Shown: piece after piece, positions 58,879-64,000 of the stretch
Numbering within the stretch: position 1 is the first letter of the stretch
Layout of the letters: each line of letters opens with the position of its first letter
Origin: Fidelibacterota bacterium
GTDB lineage: Bacteria; Fidelibacterota; Marinisomatia; Marinisomatales; S15-B10
NCBI GenBank assembly: GCA_046861655.1
Contig: JBHIAI010000001.1
Coordinates: forward strand, 32,001-96,000
Reading direction: 5' to 3'
Length of the DNA: 64,000 nt
Position numbers and translations under genes: made by a program
Notes under the pieces: generated by a model
Databases searched by the model: none
Seen by the model: only the letters and a program-made list of their open reading frames with translations
Told to the model about the DNA's origin: nothing

Positions 58879-59655
58879 ATGGATGTTAGTCGTTTGTATG
58901 CCAAGGGACCCTTGAAGATCGGGCACCGGGGAGCTCCAAAGGGGGCGCCGGAGAATACCGTCGCATCGTACCTGAAGGCACTGGAGGCGGGTCTTGACGC
59001 CATCGAAATAGACGTGATTGCCACCCGGGACGGCAGAGTTGTCTGTTCCCACAATCACGATCTAGAAAGGGAGACCAGCGGCAGCGGGTATATCCATCAG
59101 ATGACATACCAGGAACTCAAAGACGTGGATGCGGCCGTAAAGTTCCCTGAGTTCTCCCCTTCCAAGCTTCCCCTCCTGGAAGAGGTCCTGGATGCCCTTC
59201 CCGGTGATTGCGTTCTGGACATCGAGATCAAGGCCACCGGTTTTGTTGATATCAAGGCGGCCCGGAGCGTTGCCAGGATAATCCGCCGCCGTAACCTGTA
59301 TCACCGGGTCATAGTATCAAGTTTCCACCCTTTGGTGGTGGGAACGATCAAGTGGATGGACCGACGCATCCCTACGGCCTACCTATGGACAAACAGGGAC
59401 CTTGTCCCTAAGTACTTGAGGAAACCGAGATTCTTAAGACTTCTTCACCCCGATTTTTTCCACCCGGAGGCCCACCTGGTAAGCGAGAACCTTATCCGGT
59501 CGGCCCGGAACCGGGGGATGCGAGTGAACGCCTGGACTGTGAATAACCGGCCGGCCATGGAGTGGCTCCTGAAACTGGGTGTGGACGGACTCATCTCGGA
59601 TTTTCCCGAGCTCATGCACCAGGCGGCAAAAAACGTGGGAGAGATATCCGGATGA
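58879..59655 (+). CDS. Glycerophosphodiester phosphodiesterase
   Basis: GHRG, PENT, EIDV, IEIK, WTVN and GVDGLISD motifs. Confidence 0.93.
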   Translation: MDVSRLYAKGPLKIGHRGAPKGAPENTVASYLKALEAGLDAIEIDVIATRDGRVVCSHNHDLERETSGSGYIHQMTYQELKDVDAAVKFPEFSPSKLPLLEEVLDALPGDCVLDIEIKATGFVDIKAARSVARIIRRRNLYHRVIVSSFHPLVVGTIKWMDRRIPTAYLWTNRDLVPKYLRKPRFLRLLHPDFFHPEAHLVSENLIRSARNRGMRVNAWTVNNRPAMEWLLKLGVDGLISDFPELMHQAAKNVGEISG

Positions 59656-61445
59656 AACCTAGATCATGGGCATGGGCAGTCTTCGCTGCCATCCTCGCAA
59701 TGGGCTGGTCTTCCCGGGACGAGACGAAGATCACCTCGTGGGAACTACGGGAACACATCAAGTCCCTGGCATCCGATGACATGGAGGGCCGAAGGGCGGG
59801 AACCCGGGGAGACAGAAAAGCTGCCCGGTATCTTACCCGGGCCTTTCGCTCCTACGGTCTCGATCCTGTGGGGAAAGGACAGCACTCCCTGAGGTCCCCT
59901 TTCACTTTTACCGCGGGAGTTGAATTGGGGAGAAGAAATGCGTTCCGGATCGAGACAGGGGGAGAACTGAAAGCTCTTCGCCTGGGGAAGGACTTCCGTC
60001 CCCTTGGGTTTTCTTCCTCCGGTGAGGTAGAGGGCCAGCTGGTGTTTGCCGGGTATGGCATTGTGGCCGGGGAAATGGGGTACGATGACTACGGCCCGGT
60101 GGAAGTGGAGGGAAAGGTGGTGCTGGCCCTTTTCTACAGTCCTGATGGGACGAATCCCCACGGAGAATTTGGTCCCTACGTACCGGCCCGGCGCAAAGCC
60201 ATGACCGCCCGGGAGAAGGGGGCGGCTGCCATCATCCTGGTGATGGGGCCCCGGGAGGATCCCGATCCGGACTATCTCATGGGTCTGTCCCACCACCAGG
60301 GTGCCGCGGATTCGGGAATCCCGGTGGTGACCGTGACTCAGCGCCAGGCGAATGAGCTTCTAAGCCTGGCAGACAGGGATTTGGCGGAGGTACAGGACCG
60401 AATACATGAGACCCGCCAGCCCCAATCTTTTCACATCCCTGTCCAGGTTTTCGTGAAGACCTCCCTGGAGAAGGTCGAGGCCAAAACCTGGAATGTGGTA
60501 GGGATGGTGAAGGGATCCGATCCTGAGCTGGCAGACGAGTACGTCGTTGTTGGCGCTCATTACGACCACCTGGGTTGGGGTGGGGAGGGATCCCTGGCAC
60601 CCGATACGGTAGCGATTCATAATGGAGCGGACGACAACGCCTCCGGAACGGCGGGACTTCTTGAACTGGCGGAATGGTTCTCCGGCCACCCCGGGAAGCG
60701 GAGCATTATTTTTGCCGCTTTTGGTGCGGAGGAACTGGGTCTACTCGGATCGACTCACTTCGTGAATGATCCTCCCGTCCCTCTGGAAAATGTGGTCGCC
60801 ATGTTGAATATGGACATGATAGGGAGAATGGAGGATTCCACCCTGGTAGTGGGGGGCGTGGGGACTTCATCCATCTGGAAGGATCTGGTGAACGACAGGG
60901 CCGGGCCTCTTGGCCTGAGCCCCAAGTTTGATGATCCGGGCTATGGTTCCAGTGATCATCAATCGTTCTATCTGAAGGACATTCCGGTGCTGTTCTTTTT
61001 CACAGGGATTCATGACGATTACAGCCGTCCATCGGACGACTGGGAGAAGATCAATATCCCCGGGGAAGAACGGATCGTGCGGCTGGTTCGCGATGTGACC
61101 CGGGAGGTGGCCACGAGAAAGGAAACCCCCAACTTTGTGAAGGTCGAGCGAGCCCAGCCTGTCCGGGGTGGATTCCCTGTTTATCTGGGAACCGTTCCCG
61201 ATTACAGCGCCACCGACGTAGAGGGGATGAGGCTCGCCGGTGTCCGGGAGGGCGGTCCCGCCCATCAGGGGGGCCTTAGGGGAGGGGACATCATTGTGAG
61301 GTTCGGCTCCAAAGATGTAAAGAATATCTATGATTTCATGTACGCTCTTCAGGAAGCCAGGGCAGATGAGCCTGTTTCTATTACGGTACTCCGGGAAGGG
61401 AAGGAGCGGGTCCTGGAGGTCACGCCCGCCAGAAGGAAAGACTAG
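59652..61445 (+). CDS. M28 aminopeptidase with PA and PDZ domains
   Basis: LASDDMEGR, GAHYDH, GADDNASG, AEE, NMDM, SDH and YLGTVPDY motifs. Confidence 0.92.
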   Translation: MKPRSWAWAVFAAILAMGWSSRDETKITSWELREHIKSLASDDMEGRRAGTRGDRKAARYLTRAFRSYGLDPVGKGQHSLRSPFTFTAGVELGRRNAFRIETGGELKALRLGKDFRPLGFSSSGEVEGQLVFAGYGIVAGEMGYDDYGPVEVEGKVVLALFYSPDGTNPHGEFGPYVPARRKAMTAREKGAAAIILVMGPREDPDPDYLMGLSHHQGAADSGIPVVTVTQRQANELLSLADRDLAEVQDRIHETRQPQSFHIPVQVFVKTSLEKVEAKTWNVVGMVKGSDPELADEYVVVGAHYDHLGWGGEGSLAPDTVAIHNGADDNASGTAGLLELAEWFSGHPGKRSIIFAAFGAEELGLLGSTHFVNDPPVPLENVVAMLNMDMIGRMEDSTLVVGGVGTSSIWKDLVNDRAGPLGLSPKFDDPGYGSSDHQSFYLKDIPVLFFFTGIHDDYSRPSDDWEKINIPGEERIVRLVRDVTREVATRKETPNFVKVERAQPVRGGFPVYLGTVPDYSATDVEGMRLAGVREGGPAHQGGLRGGDIIVRFGSKDVKNIYDFMYALQEARADEPVSITVLREGKERVLEVTPARRKD

Positions 61446-61632
61446 TCAAAACCCTGAGTCCTGTCGCCTGGTACTGAACGCCTTCTGGGCACCCGGACAG
61501 TAGTCATCGGGGCGAAGGGTTGCCATCTCATCCTCTGCTTGACCCCGACTATCATGCCCGGTTAAGGGTGTATTGGTCAAATTGTCTTTTGAAAGGTGAG
61601 AATGGGCGGATAATTTACACGATAGCCCAAAA

Positions 61633-64000
61633 ATGAAAGCCAACAACGAAAAGATTGTGGTCCGGGGAGCCCGGGAGCATAATCTCAAGAACATAGACGT
61701 AGAGATTCCCCGGAACCGGTTTGTGGTGATCACGGGCCTTTCGGGATCTGGAAAATCGTCTCTGGCCTTCGACACGATCTACGCCGAAGGTCAGCGCCGC
61801 TACGTAGAGTCCCTTTCGGCGTACGCCCGGCAATTCTTGAGCCGCATGGAGAAGCCCGACGTGGAGTATATCGAGGGACTGTCTCCGGCCATTTCCATTG
61901 AACAAAAAGCTGGCTCCAGGAATCCTCGGTCCACGGTGGGGACCGTCACCGAGATTCATGATTATCTCAGGGTGTTGTACGCCCGTGTGGGAACCCCTTA
62001 TTGTTGGGATTGTGGGGATCCCATCCGGCGGCAGACGGTCCAGCAGATTGTGGACACCGTTCTGGCATTTCCTAAAGGGTCGAAGCTCCAGATCCTGGCC
62101 CCGGTAGTGCGGGGGCGAAAAGGACGGTACAAGGACCTGTTCAATGAGCTGTCCCGGGAGGGATTCGTCCGGGTCCGGGTAGATGGGAAAATCCGGGATA
62201 TGTCCCGCCCGGGCGGGATCATCCTTCACAAGGACAAGAAGCACGATATTGAGGTGGTCATAGACAGAATCATTCTTGAGGAGGGCGTAAAGGAGCGTCT
62301 GACCGAATCGGTAGAGCTGGCGCTCAAGATCGGTTCCGGTCTGGTCGTGGTTAACCGTCTTCCCAAAGAGGAGCACATCTTCAGCGAACTGTTCGCGTGT
62401 CCCAAGTGCGGGAACAGTATGGAGGAGCTCTCTCCCCGGATGTTTTCGTTCAACTCTCCCTATGGGGCCTGCAAGACCTGTGATGGATTGGGGTCCCGGA
62501 TGGAAATCGATCCCGATCTTATCGTGCCGGACAAACGCCGGTCGCTCATCAAGGGTGCCATCGTTCCCTTGGGTGAGCAGCCCCGAGGAAGCTGGTACAG
62601 TTCCATCTTGAAAAGTCTGGCCAGCCATTATGGATTTAGTTTCACCACCCCCTGGTACCATCTCCCTTCCCGGGCGAGGGAGGTATTGTTGTGGGGAACG
62701 GGGGATGATCGAATCCGAATGCGGTACAAATCCGAGAGGTTCTCCGGCGAATACTCGGGCGGTTTTGAAGGTGTTGTTCACAACCTGGAAAGGCGGTATC
62801 ATCAGACCCGTTCCCACGGGATCCGGGAATGGATTGAGCGGTTTATGAGCATGCGAGCCTGTCCGGACTGCGGGGGTGCCCGGTTGAGAAAAGAGAGCCT
62901 GGCTGTGAGGTTGGGAGACATGTCCATCGGGGAATTGTCCCGGTTGTCCGTCAAGGACGTGGCCGAATTCTTCAGGACCGTCAAGCTGACTGATACTCAG
63001 AAGCAGGTAGGAAGACAGGTGCTGAAAGAGGTGCGGGACCGTCTCCAGTTTCTCATGAACGTGGGGCTCGATTATTTGACCCTGGACCGGTCGGCCTCCA
63101 CCCTTTCCGGTGGGGAAGCCCAGAGAATTCGCCTGGCCACTCAGATCGGTTCCCAGCTGGTGGGAGTGCTGTACATTCTGGATGAACCCTCCATCGGCCT
63201 CCACCTCCGGGACAACAAGCGACTGATTTCCACCCTGGAGAGACTCAGGGATTTGGGGAACACGGTTCTGGTGGTGGAACATGACCGGGAAACCATTGAG
63301 TCCTCGGATCACGTGGTGGACCTGGGCCCAGGGGCAGGAGAAGCGGGAGGCAAGGTGGTTTTTGAAGGGTCCCCTGAAGCTCTGGCGGGGTACGGAAAGT
63401 CCATCACGGGTCTTTACCTGTCGGGGAAGCGGAAGATTGCTATTCCGGGGTCAAGACGCAAAGGGTCGGGGAAAGTGCTGAAAGTCTTCGGGGCGGAGGG
63501 GAACAATCTGAAATCGGTGGATGTAGAGTTTCCTCTGGGAAGACTCATCTGTATCACGGGTGTATCGGGTTCAGGGAAAAGCACGCTTGTGAACGAGACG
63601 TTGTATCCCATCCTGGCCCGGGAGCTCCAGGATTCCAGAACCTACCCACTTCCGTATGAAGGGATTGAAGGTTTGGCATACCTGGACAAAGTGGTGGATA
63701 TTGATCAGTCCCCCATCGGCCGTACTCCCAGGTCCAATCCCGCCACCTACACGGGAGTTTTTACTCATATCCGGGACCTGTTTGCCAGGTTGCCCGAGTC
63801 CAGAATGAGGGGGTACAACCCTGGCCGGTTTTCCTTCAACGTAAAAGGGGGACGGTGCGAGGCATGCCATGGTGACGGCATCATCAAGATTGAGATGCAT
63901 TTTCTTCCGGATGTTTACGTACGATGCGAAGAGTGCAAGGGCTCCAGGTATAACCGGGAGACCCTGGAGATCACCTACAAGGGCAAGGACATTTCCGACG
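61633..64000 (+). CDS. uvrA: Excinuclease ABC subunit A (3' end outside window)
   Basis: Translated by eye: [41 protein letters not shown] and GVSGSGKST. Confidence 0.97.
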   Translation, partial: MKANNEKIVVRGAREHNLKNIDVEIPRNRFVVITGLSGSGKSSLAFDTIYAEGQRRYVESLSAYARQFLSRMEKPDVEYIEGLSPAISIEQKAGSRNPRSTVGTVTEIHDYLRVLYARVGTPYCWDCGDPIRRQTVQQIVDTVLAFPKGSKLQILAPVVRGRKGRYKDLFNELSREGFVRVRVDGKIRDMSRPGGIILHKDKKHDIEVVIDRIILEEGVKERLTESVELALKIGSGLVVVNRLPKEEHIFSELFACPKCGNSMEELSPRMFSFNSPYGACKTCDGLGSRMEIDPDLIVPDKRRSLIKGAIVPLGEQPRGSWYSSILKSLASHYGFSFTTPWYHLPSRAREVLLWGTGDDRIRMRYKSERFSGEYSGGFEGVVHNLERRYHQTRSHGIREWIERFMSMRACPDCGGARLRKESLAVRLGDMSIGELSRLSVKDVAEFFRTVKLTDTQKQVGRQVLKEVRDRLQFLMNVGLDYLTLDRSASTLSGGEAQRIRLATQIGSQLVGVLYILDEPSIGLHLRDNKRLISTLERLRDLGNTVLVVEHDRETIESSDHVVDLGPGAGEAGGKVVFEGSPEALAGYGKSITGLYLSGKRKIAIPGSRRKGSGKVLKVFGAEGNNLKSVDVEFPLGRLICITGVSGSGKSTLVNETLYPILARELQDSRTYPLPYEGIEGLAYLDKVVDIDQSPIGRTPRSNPATYTGVFTHIRDLFARLPESRMRGYNPGRFSFNVKGGRCEACHGDGIIKIEMHFLPDVYVRCEECKGSRYNRETLEITYKGKDISD

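Noticed and set aside
41960..61632. A shared SOS box upstream of dinB, ssb, PHP, dnaE2 and uvrA
   Set aside because: No consistent motif could be found by eye across these promoters.
61615..63312. 565-aa minus-strand ORF
   Set aside because: Antisense shadow of uvrA, which the track missed because it runs off the window.

Overview
A GC-rich bacterial chromosomal segment. A protein with a PNPFNP/FlgD-type sorting domain, a TonB-dependent receptor and a DUF4249 lipoprotein suggest the FCB superphylum, possibly Marinimicrobia/KSB1-like (inference). Most genes encode peptidases (M14, two M28, penicillin acylase), transporters (two DMT, MATE, MFS, TBDR), redox and stress proteins (Bcp, MsrAB, AhpD-like, nitroreductase), glnA, and DNA-repair functions (tag, dinB, ssb, DnaE2-type polymerase, uvrA). 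There are also several toxin-antitoxin modules and remnants. No rRNA, tRNA, CRISPR array, integrase or transposase was recognised. The five most notable observations are: (1) a ~190-nt, strongly base-paired, pseudoknot-capable RNA-like element (37138-37325, minus strand), downstream of a promoter divergent from a CI/LexA-like repressor that has lost both S24 catalytic residues; (2) a DnaE2-type polymerase split without inteins into a PHP gene (after dinB-ssb) and a polymerase-core gene about 8.8 kb away; (3) an AT-rich ATPase/DUF234 gene bracketed by a 37-bp inverted pair of tripartite GTATAC boxes; (4) an AhpD-like selenoprotein (CxxU with a SECIS-like hairpin) that the ORF track splits in two; (5) an ECF sigma/anti-sigma locus with two matching target promoters and an unannotated 33-aa membrane peptide. 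All family assignments come from motif recognition by eye; no database searches were run.
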